From Candidatus Omnitrophota bacterium (GTDB taxonomy: Bacteria; Omnitrophota; Gorgyraeia; Zapsychrales; Zapsychraceae), in NCBI GenBank assembly GCA_020632515.1, contig JACKFK010000004.1:192068-256067 (forward strand): a stretch of DNA of 64,000 nucleotides, written 5' to 3'. Below are positions 1-9,565 of the stretch, piece by piece. Under the pieces are notes generated by a model. The model was not told where the DNA came from. It made no database searches and worked only from the letters and a program-made list of their open reading frames with translations. The stretch's first letter is position 1, and each line of letters begins with the position of its first letter. Position numbers and translations under genes: made by a program.

Positions 1-2
1 AG

Positions 3-881
3 GAAATTTTCGCGGAAAATGATCAATTTAATAATAACTCGCAGGAAGTGAATTTGAATTTAAATAAGCAATTTTCTGATAAAGATCGGATTCAAGTGAC
101 CGACCGGTTTCGGAATTCAGAATCGATTGAAGATTTCGAAGATGCTTTTGGCCGTCAATCAGGACGTTTCAGTGCGATTCGTAATAATGTTGATGCCTTT
201 TACACAAGAGAATTCACGCCGAAGTTTTCATCCATCTTACATTATGGAAATGAAGTTTATGAGACGGATGATAGCACTCGCGATGATTCACTTTTACAAA
301 AATACGGATTAGAATTGCAATATAAGCACTCTTCAAAAACTATTTTTTTAGCTGGGTATGAATACTCAGAAATTGAATTTGATCCAGGTGCGGATGCTAA
401 TGTTCAAAAGATGTTTGGTGGAATTCGTTATTATTTGAAAGATACAATGTATATTGAAGGACGAGCAGGTAATTCAAAAGTTGATTCATTTACGGGTGCA
501 GATTCTAATGAGCCGCATTATCAGGTAACTTTTAGTAACATTATTGATGATTTAACGCAGTTCACGTTAACTTATCTTAATGAAACAGCAACTAATAGTT
601 ATACAGAAGACGTATTTGAATCTTGGAGAATTAATGCAAATTTACGCAGACAGCTTTCTGAGCGTTTGAATGCAGCGTTATCGCTCTTTTATGGAGAAGC
701 GGAATTTCAAACGCTTAATATCGGCGATGATACTGCCGGTGCCAGCGCCTGGTTAGGGTATGATTTGACGGAAGATCTAAAGGTTTTCTGTTCATATTCG
801 TTATATGATAAAGATTCCAACGTTGTCACTCGGGATTACAAGAAAAATCTTGTAACATTAGGGTTAACGTTTGATTTTTAA
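3..881 (+). CDS. outer-membrane beta-barrel-like protein (5' end outside window)
   Basis: The frame of ORF 48..881 stays open back to nt 3, so the gene probably starts upstream of the window. It has alternating-polarity strands and a C-terminal ...TLGLTFDF aromatic terminus typical of OM barrels. It lies directly upstream of the EPS initiation and export genes. Confidence 0.45.
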   Translation, partial: EIFAENDQFNNNSQEVNLNLNKQFSDKDRIQVTDRFRNSESIEDFEDAFGRQSGRFSAIRNNVDAFYTREFTPKFSSILHYGNEVYETDDSTRDDSLLQKYGLELQYKHSSKTIFLAGYEYSEIEFDPGADANVQKMFGGIRYYLKDTMYIEGRAGNSKVDSFTGADSNEPHYQVTFSNIIDDLTQFTLTYLNETATNSYTEDVFESWRINANLRRQLSERLNAALSLFYGEAEFQTLNIGDDTAGASAWLGYDLTEDLKVFCSYSLYDKDSNVVTRDYKKNLVTLGLTFDF

Positions 882-901
882 GGATATTGAGTAAATTAGA
901 G

Positions 902-930
902 AAGGGGTCGAAAAGTATTTTTCGGCCCCT
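902..930 (+). terminator. stem-loop downstream of the barrel gene (weak terminator candidate)
   Basis: AAGGGGTCGAAAA-gtat-TTTTCGGCCCCTT forms a 13-bp stem with one U.G pair. No clear U-tract follows. Confidence 0.4.
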
Positions 931-974
931 TAGTCTAAAATTTAATGGTGAAATAAAGGGAAGTTTAAACACAA

Positions 975-2381
975 ATGCTTAAAGAACACGCGACAGTTTT
1001 TCGAAGGTTATTAATTTTCACGGATATTTGTCTGTTGACTGGGGCTTTTTTTCTGGGCTACTTTGTCCGCAGTTTTCTTGAATTGGCTTATTCATTGAAT
1101 GCCTATTTGTGGATGTTGCCGGTTTATCTGCTCACTTGGGGTGGTTTGCTTTATTTCTCCGGAATGTATTCTTCTTTTCGATTAAAGCGTAAAACCGAGA
1201 TTTTGATTATTATCGGACGCTCTGCCTTATTAGGATTTATTACCCTTACCAGCTTTAATTATCTTTTTAAAGTTATGTACATCAGCCGATTGTTGATTTT
1301 TCTTATTTTCTTTTTCGGCATGATTTTATTGGCAGTTGAGAAAATTATATTAATTCAATATTTTCGCCACTTACGTAAAAGCGGTTTTAATTTTCGTAAT
1401 ATCATTATTGTGGGAAGCGGCCGCCGGGCGCAAAAATTTATTACCCGTATTGATCAGCATCGGGAATTTGGTTTAAAGATTATTGGTCTTATTGACGACG
1501 ATCCGGAAAAATTGAATCAACAAGTGTGCGGGCATCAGGTTATTGGTGTGTTGAAAGATTTGCCAGAGATTTTACGTTCCAATGTCATTGATCAGGTAAT
1601 TTTTATTGTTCCGCATTCCTGGCTTGGCCGTTGTGAAGAGCCAATCCTTTATTGTGAAACGGTTGGAGTTCGTGTCAGTATTGCGGTGGATTATTTTGAT
1701 TTGAAATTCTCCCGCGCTAAGCAGAGCGATCTGCACGGTTTTCCTTTATTAACATTTGACAGCACACCGGACAAACTGTGGCAACTTTTGGCCAAGCGTT
1801 TGATTGACATTGGGATTGCCTTTTTGTCGTTGATTGTGTTGGCGCCGTTATTTTTAATGACAGCACTTTTGATTAAATGGACGTCAAAAGGCCCTGTATT
1901 TTTTACCCAAGAACGGACTGGATTAAACGGCCGTATTTTTAATTTGTACAAATTCCGCACAATGGTTCAGGATGCTGAACAATTAAAAGAAAAATTGATG
2001 GCGCACAATGAAATGGAAGGCCCTGTGTTTAAAATGACCAATGACCCGCGGATCACGCCTGTTGGGAAATTTTTACGTAAATTCAGCATTGATGAATTGC
2101 CACAGTTGTGGAACGTTTTGATCGGTGACATGAGCTTAGTCGGGCCTCGTCCGCCGATTGTAAAAGAAGTTGAAAAGTACGACCATTGGCAGCGTCGAAG
2201 ATTAAGTATGCGTCCAGGGTTGACGTGTATTTGGCAGGTTGGAGGACGAAATAAAATTACAAGTTTTGATGAATGGATGAAATTAGATTTAGAGTACATC
2301 GACAATTGGAAACTCTCATTAGATCTGAAATTAATTCTTTTCACCATTCCTGTTGTCTTATTTGGCCATGGGGCTAAGTAA
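975..2381 (+). CDS. polyprenyl-phosphate sugar phosphotransferase (WbaP/EpsB-type initiating transferase)
   Basis: N-terminal TM helices and a central GSGRRA Rossmann-like segment. The C-terminal bacterial sugar transferase motifs DELPQLWNVLIGDMSLVGPRP and PGLTCIWQV are present. Confidence 0.9.
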   Translation: MLKEHATVFRRLLIFTDICLLTGAFFLGYFVRSFLELAYSLNAYLWMLPVYLLTWGGLLYFSGMYSSFRLKRKTEILIIIGRSALLGFITLTSFNYLFKVMYISRLLIFLIFFFGMILLAVEKIILIQYFRHLRKSGFNFRNIIIVGSGRRAQKFITRIDQHREFGLKIIGLIDDDPEKLNQQVCGHQVIGVLKDLPEILRSNVIDQVIFIVPHSWLGRCEEPILYCETVGVRVSIAVDYFDLKFSRAKQSDLHGFPLLTFDSTPDKLWQLLAKRLIDIGIAFLSLIVLAPLFLMTALLIKWTSKGPVFFTQERTGLNGRIFNLYKFRTMVQDAEQLKEKLMAHNEMEGPVFKMTNDPRITPVGKFLRKFSIDELPQLWNVLIGDMSLVGPRPPIVKEVEKYDHWQRRRLSMRPGLTCIWQVGGRNKITSFDEWMKLDLEYIDNWKLSLDLKLILFTIPVVLFGHGAK

Positions 2382-2423
2382 GTTTAAAAAATAAATAAAA
2401 TTCTTTTTGGAGGTTATTTTAAA

Positions 2424-3101
2424 ATGAAAAAAGCTGCAATATTAGCATTGATAGGAGTATTAAGTAGTGCCATGATCGCGCAGGCGCAAACATTCGGCGC
2501 TGATCCGGAGTATGATAAATCATTGATTTTGGAAGCGCAAGATCCTGACCGTAAGGATTATGTTGATTCTCTTTATGATGACGCGCAGAAACTACAGAAA
2601 TTAGAATACACGGTTGGGATTAATGACGTCTTGGAAATTAGCATTATCCAACCAGACGAATTATCAAAAGTTGTTACTGTCGCGCCGGACGGATCGATTT
2701 CTTTTCCTTACATCGGACGAGTCCATGTTACAGGTCTAACATTATCCACTATTCAAGATTTTATTCAGAATGAATTAGCCAATGGATATTTAAAATATCC
2801 AGTTGTATTAGTTACACTGCAAGAATCGCGCAGCCGTAATTATCTTGTTTACGGAGAAGTGCAAAGACCCGGAGAATATGCGATTGGAGAAAATGCTACT
2901 GTTCTAAAAGCAATTTCCATGGCAGGTGGTTTTACTAAATTCGGATCTTCAAGCCGCGTTAAAATTCTTCGCCCAAAACAGGGAGAAAAGGGTTACGATA
3001 TTCTTAAAATTAATATCAAGGATGTTATGAACGGCGACGCAGATGCCGACGTAGAATTAACTTCTGGAGACATTGTGATCGTCTCCGAAGGGGTATTTTA
3101 A
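2424..3101 (+). CDS. wza: polysaccharide export outer-membrane protein (Wza / Poly_export + SLBB)
   Basis: Signal peptide MKKAAILALIGVLSSAMIAQA. Poly_export-like YTVGINDVLEISI...PDGSISFPYIGRVHVTGLT, followed by an SLBB-like GEVQRPGEY half. Confidence 0.85.
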   Translation: MKKAAILALIGVLSSAMIAQAQTFGADPEYDKSLILEAQDPDRKDYVDSLYDDAQKLQKLEYTVGINDVLEISIIQPDELSKVVTVAPDGSISFPYIGRVHVTGLTLSTIQDFIQNELANGYLKYPVVLVTLQESRSRNYLVYGEVQRPGEYAIGENATVLKAISMAGGFTKFGSSSRVKILRPKQGEKGYDILKINIKDVMNGDADADVELTSGDIVIVSEGVF

Positions 3102-3224
3102 TTTACCCTTTAGATACAAAATGATCGCAAAATTTTCATAAATGTATACTAATATTTTATTTTCACTGTATGATAAAAATTAGATCATAATGGGAAAAAA
3201 GTATACGAAAGAGAGAGGTTAGAA

Positions 3225-4823
3225 ATGGATGAACAATTAACAAATACAGGGGATAATACTTTACGTGATTATTTACGTATTGTTTTTAAGCATAAAATCC
3301 TCGTCATTACAACATTCTTAACAGTTTCCGGTACAGTTTTTGTCGGGCTCCAGTTACGCACACCGGTTTATGAGTCCTCGGTTAAAATGTTATTAGCCGC
3401 TGAAAAGCAGGTGGAATCAACCTTATTAAAGGATTTAAAGGGAACGCAAAAAGCTGAGCTTGTGTTAACGCAAAGCGAAATCGTACGTTCTAATCCGGTG
3501 CTTGAACGGGCTGTTAAATCATTAAAGTTAGATAAGCGCCCTTACGATTATGAAAAGGCGTACAGCACACCGTTAAAGGCTATGCTCATTGACATGGATA
3601 AAGCAAAATTTGATACCATGCTTGAGAAAATGATGCCCCAACAGCGTGAAGAGTTCCTTTTCCGTCGGGCTGTTGAAGGGATGAGGCTCAGTGTTGAAGT
3701 TGAACCGTTGCGTGATACAAATCTGTTTTTGATTAAAGTAACAGATTTTGATCCAGTTGAGGCGGCCAAAAAGGCGAATGTTTTAAGCCGCTCCTATATT
3801 ATTTTTGATCTTGAACAACAATTAGCCGAACTTACACTTAAATACGGTCGCAAACATCCAACAGTGAATCTTTTAAAAGACACGATTTTTATCATGAGCA
3901 CGAATCTTAACGGTCAGCAATTGACTGATCTTGAAGCGATTGGTCCTGCGAGTGTGAAGATTATCGGTCAAGCCATGGTTCCATTAAAACCAACAGGTTC
4001 ATCCAAATCCGTTGCCTTAATTTTAGCAGTAGTTATGAGCGGGTTTTTAGGGATTATGCTAGCCTTTGTTTTTGAATTTATGGATCAAACATTTAAAGGT
4101 CCTAAGGACATTGAAAAAGTTCTTGGTTTACCTTGCTTAGGATCAGTTCCTAAAAAGAAATTTATGGATCGTTCTTTAGTTAAAAACGTGAAGAAAAACA
4201 GTAATTACACCAAGGCTTATTTAACTCTTTCGGATCAAATGTATTTATTAGTCCGGGATAAAGGTATTAAATCATTTCTGTTTACTTCCGCATTATCAAT
4301 GGAAGGTGCTTCTGTAATTATCGCCAATCTTGGTAAATTTCTGGCGCATAAATTGCACAAACCTGTTTTGATTATCGACGCTAATATGCGCAACAGCGCC
4401 ATGCAGCATATCTTCAAATATTCAGCTAAGAATGGATTAGCTGATATTGTCGGTGGGGAAGCTGCCTTAGAAGATGTGGTTCAGGAAGTTGATACGAACC
4501 TTTCGGTTCTTCCTGCGGGAAAGTCAAGCATGGATCCTATTTCTCTTTTAGACTCACCAAAGATGACAGAGTTAATTAAAAAAACAAAAGAGAATTATGG
4601 CGTGGTCCTTATTGATTGCGCGCATCTGCGTAAATTTAAAGATGCTGTTTTAATTTCTCCGGCAACAGACGGAACTATTTTAATTGTTGAAGAAGGTAAA
4701 TCACGGTATGAAGTTGTTAAAACAGCGATTGCACCGTTAGAAAAGAAAAAAGCGAATTTGGTTGGTGTTATTTTAAACAATCGGACATATGTTATTCCGA
4801 AGTTTATTTACGATCGAATTTAG
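3225..4823 (+). CDS. Wzz/Wzc-like polysaccharide co-polymerase with degenerate BY-kinase-like domain
   Basis: Two TM helices flank a long periplasmic coiled region (Wzz-like). The C-terminal ParA/MinD-like fold has Walker A' VLIIDANMRN and Walker B VVLIDCAHL. The Walker A position reads TSALSMEGAS, with no GK[ST]. Confidence 0.75.
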   Translation: MDEQLTNTGDNTLRDYLRIVFKHKILVITTFLTVSGTVFVGLQLRTPVYESSVKMLLAAEKQVESTLLKDLKGTQKAELVLTQSEIVRSNPVLERAVKSLKLDKRPYDYEKAYSTPLKAMLIDMDKAKFDTMLEKMMPQQREEFLFRRAVEGMRLSVEVEPLRDTNLFLIKVTDFDPVEAAKKANVLSRSYIIFDLEQQLAELTLKYGRKHPTVNLLKDTIFIMSTNLNGQQLTDLEAIGPASVKIIGQAMVPLKPTGSSKSVALILAVVMSGFLGIMLAFVFEFMDQTFKGPKDIEKVLGLPCLGSVPKKKFMDRSLVKNVKKNSNYTKAYLTLSDQMYLLVRDKGIKSFLFTSALSMEGASVIIANLGKFLAHKLHKPVLIIDANMRNSAMQHIFKYSAKNGLADIVGGEAALEDVVQEVDTNLSVLPAGKSSMDPISLLDSPKMTELIKKTKENYGVVLIDCAHLRKFKDAVLISPATDGTILIVEEGKSRYEVVKTAIAPLEKKKANLVGVILNNRTYVIPKFIYDRI

Positions 4824-4864
4824 TGCAGGATAATTCTGCTTAGTAAGGAAATGAGGCGACGGTT

Positions 4865-6172
4865 ATGTATAATATTAATGTATTGTTAAAGAAACGCGAA
4901 GTAGAGAATAAACCGATTAATGTCGCAATTATCGGTGCTGGCTGGTACGGCCGGGGATTGATCCAAGAATTGTGTCATTGGCCGGGGATGACGCCAAAAG
5001 TTGTCATCAGCAAGAATATTAAGAATATCGCGCTGGCCTTTAACGCGGGTGGAGTGGATAAATCTGCCTTGACTGTGGTTAAATCAGCCAAAGATCTTGC
5101 CCAGGCATTTAAGAAGAGTCAATACATCGCGACTGATAATTATGACCTTGTTAATGATCTGCAAGGGATTGATGTTATTTTTGAAGCAACAGGTGATATT
5201 TTAGTCAGTGCAAAGATTGCTTTATCAGCTTTGAATCAAGGCATCCATTTTGTAACGGTTAATTCTGAAATGGATTCCACTTTAGGCTATCAAATTAATA
5301 AACTTTTTCAGGAAAAGAATCTTATCTTCTCTAATAGTGACGGCGATCAGCCAGGGGTAATTTACCGTATGCTGGAGAAGATAACGTCTATGGGTTTTGA
5401 AATTGTTGTCGCCGGTAGCTGTAAAGGATTTATTGATCCGCATAAAAATCCTCAAGATATTGCGCCATGGGTTCGGCAAGGGCATAACCCCAAGATGATT
5501 ACTTCTTTTACCGATGGAACTAAGCAATCCATGGAATTGGCCGTGGTTTCCAATGCGGCCGGACTTTTTCCTGATAAACGGGGGATGCATGGCCCCCGGG
5601 TGACAAAACCCACATTAACTGAGATTTTTTCTAAATTGATAAAGAATCCTGGAGCGGTTGATTATGTGTTAGGTATTGATGGTGTAGATCAAGGCGCTGG
5701 TGTTTTTGTTGTCTGTAAACGGGAAGGCGAAATTATTGCCGAAGATTTACAATATTTGAAGAAAGGTGACGGGCCATATTATTTATTCTTTCGTGATGAT
5801 CACCTATGTTATTTGGAAGCGCCTATTTCCATTGCTGAGGCTGGCCAATTTAACTTAGCATCGATGGCTCCCATTGAATTTAATTCTGATGTTATCACCT
5901 GCGCGAAACGAGATTTAAAAAAGGGAGAAAAAATTGACGGAATAGGCGGATACATGGCCTATGGCGTTATTGACCGGGCCGATGTTAGCCGGCGGGAAAA
6001 TTTATTACCGATGGGGCTTAGTGAATTTGCGGTTTTAAAACAAGATGTCGATCAAGATACACCGATCACTTATGATATGGTTGATTTTTGTGAAGACAAT
6101 ATTGCGCTACAACTTAGAAAAAAGATGGAAGACGAATATCAGAGAAAGGAGCCTCTTACAACAGAGCGATGA
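4865..6172 (+). CDS. NAD(P)-binding oxidoreductase with C-terminal SAF-like domain (COG4091-like, homoserine-dehydrogenase-like)
   Basis: N-terminal Rossmann motif VAIIGAGWYGRG. C-terminal beta-clip-like KRDLKKGEKIDGIGGYMAYG. Size and layout resemble sugar-modifying SAF-domain dehydrogenases. Confidence 0.55.
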   Translation: MYNINVLLKKREVENKPINVAIIGAGWYGRGLIQELCHWPGMTPKVVISKNIKNIALAFNAGGVDKSALTVVKSAKDLAQAFKKSQYIATDNYDLVNDLQGIDVIFEATGDILVSAKIALSALNQGIHFVTVNSEMDSTLGYQINKLFQEKNLIFSNSDGDQPGVIYRMLEKITSMGFEIVVAGSCKGFIDPHKNPQDIAPWVRQGHNPKMITSFTDGTKQSMELAVVSNAAGLFPDKRGMHGPRVTKPTLTEIFSKLIKNPGAVDYVLGIDGVDQGAGVFVVCKREGEIIAEDLQYLKKGDGPYYLFFRDDHLCYLEAPISIAEAGQFNLASMAPIEFNSDVITCAKRDLKKGEKIDGIGGYMAYGVIDRADVSRRENLLPMGLSEFAVLKQDVDQDTPITYDMVDFCEDNIALQLRKKMEDEYQRKEPLTTER

Positions 6173-6293
6173 TAGCGTTTTGTGAAATGTGATTTGATGC
6201 CTGCTGATTAAAAATTTATTCCAATAATCATTTGGCATTAACATAAGGGTAAGTGAAGAAATCTTTTAAAATAGTGTAACAACATATGAATTG

Positions 6294-6327
6294 CCCCATG
6301 GCCGGCTAGGTTCAGCCATGGGTTTTT
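6294..6327 (+). terminator. rho-independent terminator
   Basis: CCCATGGC-cggctaggttca-GCCATGGG is followed by TTTTT. Confidence 0.7.
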
Positions 6328-6348
6328 ATTAATGAGTATTTAATTTAC

Positions 6349-6975
6349 GCGACCAAAGGGAGCGTAAATTATACTGATTCTGAATGAAATTATCTGATCA
6401 TAGAATTATTGAATTTCATTCAACCAGTATAAATAGTTCTTTTTCCAAGAAAATGTTCAGAAATAATTTTTAATTTGAGTAAGAACTATTATAGAAATAC
6501 GAATTAACCCCGTAAAGTACAAAGAAATTGGACGGGGTGAGGATAATTTATCAGCGACCAAAGGGAGCGTAAATTATACTGATTCTGAATGAAATTATCT
6601 GATCATAGAATTATTGAATTTCATTCAACCAGTATAAATAGTTCTTTTTCCAAGAAAATGTTCAGAAATAATTTTTAATTTGAGTAAGAACTATTATAGA
6701 AATACGAATTAACCCCGTAAAGTACAAAGAAATTGGACGGGGTGAGGATAATTTATCAGCGACCAAAGGGAGCGTAAATTATACTGATTCTGAATGAAAT
6801 TATCTGATCATAGAATTATTGAATTTCATTCAACCAGTATAAATAGTTCTTTTTCCAAGAAAATGTTCAGAAATAATTTTTAATTTGAGTAAGAACTATT
6901 ATAGAAATACGAATTAACCCCGTAAAGTACAAAGAAATTGGACGGGGTGAGGATAATTTATCAGCGACCAAAGGA
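6349..6975. repeat. perfect tandem repeat, 3 x 205 bp plus 12-nt partial fourth unit
   Basis: Units start at 6349, 6554, 6759 and 6964 (period 205) and are identical by eye. Each unit has three inverted repeats. In unit 1 these are 6370-6431 (7+11 bp stem), 6432-6490 (10 bp stem) and 6508-6537 (CCCCGT/ACGGGG). There is no ORF of 60 aa or more in 6173-6998. Confidence 0.95.
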
Positions 6976-6998
6976 GTTGGCGGTGTACGTCATAATTT

Positions 6999-8561
6999 AT
7001 GTCTAAACAAATTTTACGTAATATATTCAGTAATTATTTAGTTAATTTCATCCAATTAGCGCTTGGTTTTATCATTGTTCCATTTTTGATTAAGAAATTA
7101 GGCCAAAACGCTTACGGATTGATTGTCTTGGCAGAATCCACCATCGGGTTCTTTGAAATTGTCACGGTCAATATTCGTATCGCCTTGTCCCGGTATGTTA
7201 CGTTTTCAATGTCGCAAGAAAAGTATGATGATTTCATGGAGTATTTATCAGCAGGTCGGTTTATGCTTAACTGCGCCGGTGGGTTGATTCTTATTATTGG
7301 GTCGATCATCAGTTATAATTTTTCCAATATTTTTCAAGTGCCGGATCATTTGGTATCTGAAAGTAAAATTCTTTTCTTTTTGATTATCATCGGATTTTTT
7401 ATTTCCGTGCCCAACATTCTTTACTGGTCAATCCTTTACGCGAAACAGCGCTTTGATCTAATCAACAAAGCAGCCACTGCCGGAATTATGACGAGGGCTG
7501 GATGTGTGTTTATTTTATTTTCAATCTTACCGGATGATCATGTAAATCTAGTCATGTATGGTGTTTTTTATTTATTAATGAAACTCATACAGAACATTTT
7601 GGTTTACCGTTGGCATTTTTCCATGCTTGAAGGAATTAAGATTGTTTATCGTAAATTCAAAATGAGCCGGATAAAAGAGATTGCCTCATTTGGGATTCAC
7701 GCCTCCATTAGTAACATCAGCGGGCTTTTATATAATCAAACCGCGACGATATTAATCAACATTTTCTGGGGACCGCAATACAATACCATCTACGACATCA
7801 GTATGAAATTTCCGAACATGATCAGGAACTTATTTGTTCAAGCCACCTGGACACTGACCCCGACATTTACCGATTACGCGGCGCGAAATGATAAATTAAA
7901 AGTAAAACAATTATTGTTTGTTTACACGAAAGCAATGTCGTTGATTACAATTCCGATCGGCTTTTTATTTATCATGCTGGCTTATCCACTAATATCAATA
8001 TGGGTAGGAGAGCAGTTTGAAATGTCGAGCAAGTTACTTATATGGCATATGATTCCGTTGATTTTTCATATTCCAATGGCAGTAACCAATTGCGTATTTT
8101 TAGCCTACGGCAAGGTTAAATTTCCCAGTTACTTCAGGCTGATAGCCGCGGTGATAAATCTACTTCTTGCGGTTTTTCTGGTGAAATTTTTCAGCTTAGG
8201 ATTATTTGGATTCGCGTACTCAGCCGCGTTAATTATTTTTCTTCAGGCAGGGATCATTGTTCCATGGTACGCGTGTAAAATCACTAAACTTTCTTTGCGT
8301 GAGTACTGGGTTCAAACCTTCCTTATTCCATTTTCCTGGGCTGCCACAATTATTTTTGGCAGTTTCTTTCTGATTCATCAGATTCAATCGGGGAATCATT
8401 TTTCATTATTATTATTCGCGATTTTAACTGTCGCCGCGGTTATTTACATTGTGGGTTCATATAAATTTATTTTAGATCCGACAGAACGAGGCTTTATGCA
8501 GCAGTTTATCCAAAATAAATTTAAAAAGGGGAAGGTTTCTGTAGAGGATAATACAATTTAG
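6999..8561 (+). CDS. wzx: Wzx-type polysaccharide flippase (MOP superfamily)
   Basis: Polytopic membrane protein. The N-terminus NYLVNFIQLALGFIIVPFLIKKLGQNAYG is typical of O-unit flippases. Confidence 0.8.
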   Translation: MSKQILRNIFSNYLVNFIQLALGFIIVPFLIKKLGQNAYGLIVLAESTIGFFEIVTVNIRIALSRYVTFSMSQEKYDDFMEYLSAGRFMLNCAGGLILIIGSIISYNFSNIFQVPDHLVSESKILFFLIIIGFFISVPNILYWSILYAKQRFDLINKAATAGIMTRAGCVFILFSILPDDHVNLVMYGVFYLLMKLIQNILVYRWHFSMLEGIKIVYRKFKMSRIKEIASFGIHASISNISGLLYNQTATILINIFWGPQYNTIYDISMKFPNMIRNLFVQATWTLTPTFTDYAARNDKLKVKQLLFVYTKAMSLITIPIGFLFIMLAYPLISIWVGEQFEMSSKLLIWHMIPLIFHIPMAVTNCVFLAYGKVKFPSYFRLIAAVINLLLAVFLVKFFSLGLFGFAYSAALIIFLQAGIIVPWYACKITKLSLREYWVQTFLIPFSWAATIIFGSFFLIHQIQSGNHFSLLLFAILTVAAVIYIVGSYKFILDPTERGFMQQFIQNKFKKGKVSVEDNTI

Positions 8562-8581
8562 GAGAGAATAAGGATATCTGT

Positions 8582-9565
8582 ATGAAACAACGAATTAGTG
8601 TAATTATACCAGCGTACAACGCTGAGAGCTTTATTTTAAAGACGATTAATAGTGTCTTGGCGCAAACGCATCCAGCTGACGAAATTATTGTGGTTGATGA
8701 TGGTTCCAAAGATACTACTGCGGAAATTGTCAAGGGATTGAATAACAAGAAAATCTTTGTTTACAAAATTCCTAATGGCGGCGGCGCTAATGCCATGAAC
8801 ACAGGGTTTAAACTCTCCACAGGAGATCTTATTTGTTTTTTAGATCATGATGATATTTGGTTTAAGAATTATCTAAGTAAGCAATTTAAGGCCTTACAGC
8901 GATATCCCCAGGCTGGGATCTCGGTTGCAAATTTTGTGGCCAGGTTCCACGGGCCGCAATCACGGATGCAGAAAAGTTTACAGCGTCTGCGTTATTTCGA
9001 TCAGTTAAATTTTCAAGAACCTTTGCGGTTAGATAATATGAAAACATTATTGCAACAGGATTTTGTCGGAACATTTACCGCCGCAATGATCCGCCGGGAA
9101 GTTCTTGAAAAAGTAGGTTCGTTTCAAACTAATTTGCGGATTTGTTACGATTATCATTTTTGGACGCATTGTGCCATGGAAACGCAATTTATCATCAATG
9201 ATGAAGTTCTTTTTTTCAAACGCACGCATGGCGGTAATGCGTGTGCAAACAATATTCGCATGAATACGGAGCATAAGGGGGTTTTAGAGGAACTGCTGAA
9301 GCACGAATATGTAAGAAAACATCATTACAAACCTGTTATCCAGAAAGAAATTGCCTGGATGTATTATGAAATTGCTAATGACTATTTTCTTATGAAAGAA
9401 ATTAAAAAATGTTACCAATCTTATTTTCGTGCGCTTGCGGCTGATGTTTCACCTGCTAATATTTTGCTTTTTTTAAAGAAGGCAGGGATGAAGACCATTC
9501 GGCTTTTATCATTTGGTTTAGTCAGTCGTAAACGGTTTAGTGGTGCAGCAGCAAGATCGTCATGA
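8582..9565 (+). CDS. family 2 glycosyltransferase
   Basis: ISVIIPAYNAESFILKTINSVLAQTHPADEIIVVDDGSKDTT plus the DHDD motif (FLDHDDIW). Confidence 0.9.
   Translation: MKQRISVIIPAYNAESFILKTINSVLAQTHPADEIIVVDDGSKDTTAEIVKGLNNKKIFVYKIPNGGGANAMNTGFKLSTGDLICFLDHDDIWFKNYLSKQFKALQRYPQAGISVANFVARFHGPQSRMQKSLQRLRYFDQLNFQEPLRLDNMKTLLQQDFVGTFTAAMIRREVLEKVGSFQTNLRICYDYHFWTHCAMETQFIINDEVLFFKRTHGGNACANNIRMNTEHKGVLEELLKHEYVRKHHYKPVIQKEIAWMYYEIANDYFLMKEIKKCYQSYFRALAADVSPANILLFLKKAGMKTIRLLSFGLVSRKRFSGAAARSS

Noticed and set aside
6349-6975. CRISPR array, or coding potential, in the 205-bp tandem repeat.
   Set aside because: The units are contiguous and identical with no unique spacers, and there are no cas genes. 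The period is not divisible by 3 and stops occur in all frames.
6979-6990. JUMPstart/ops-like element GGCGGTGTACGT just upstream of wzx.
   Set aside because: Only the first six nucleotides match the ops core GGCGGTAG. No RfaH-type gene is in the window, and the organism is probably distant from the taxa where ops is defined.
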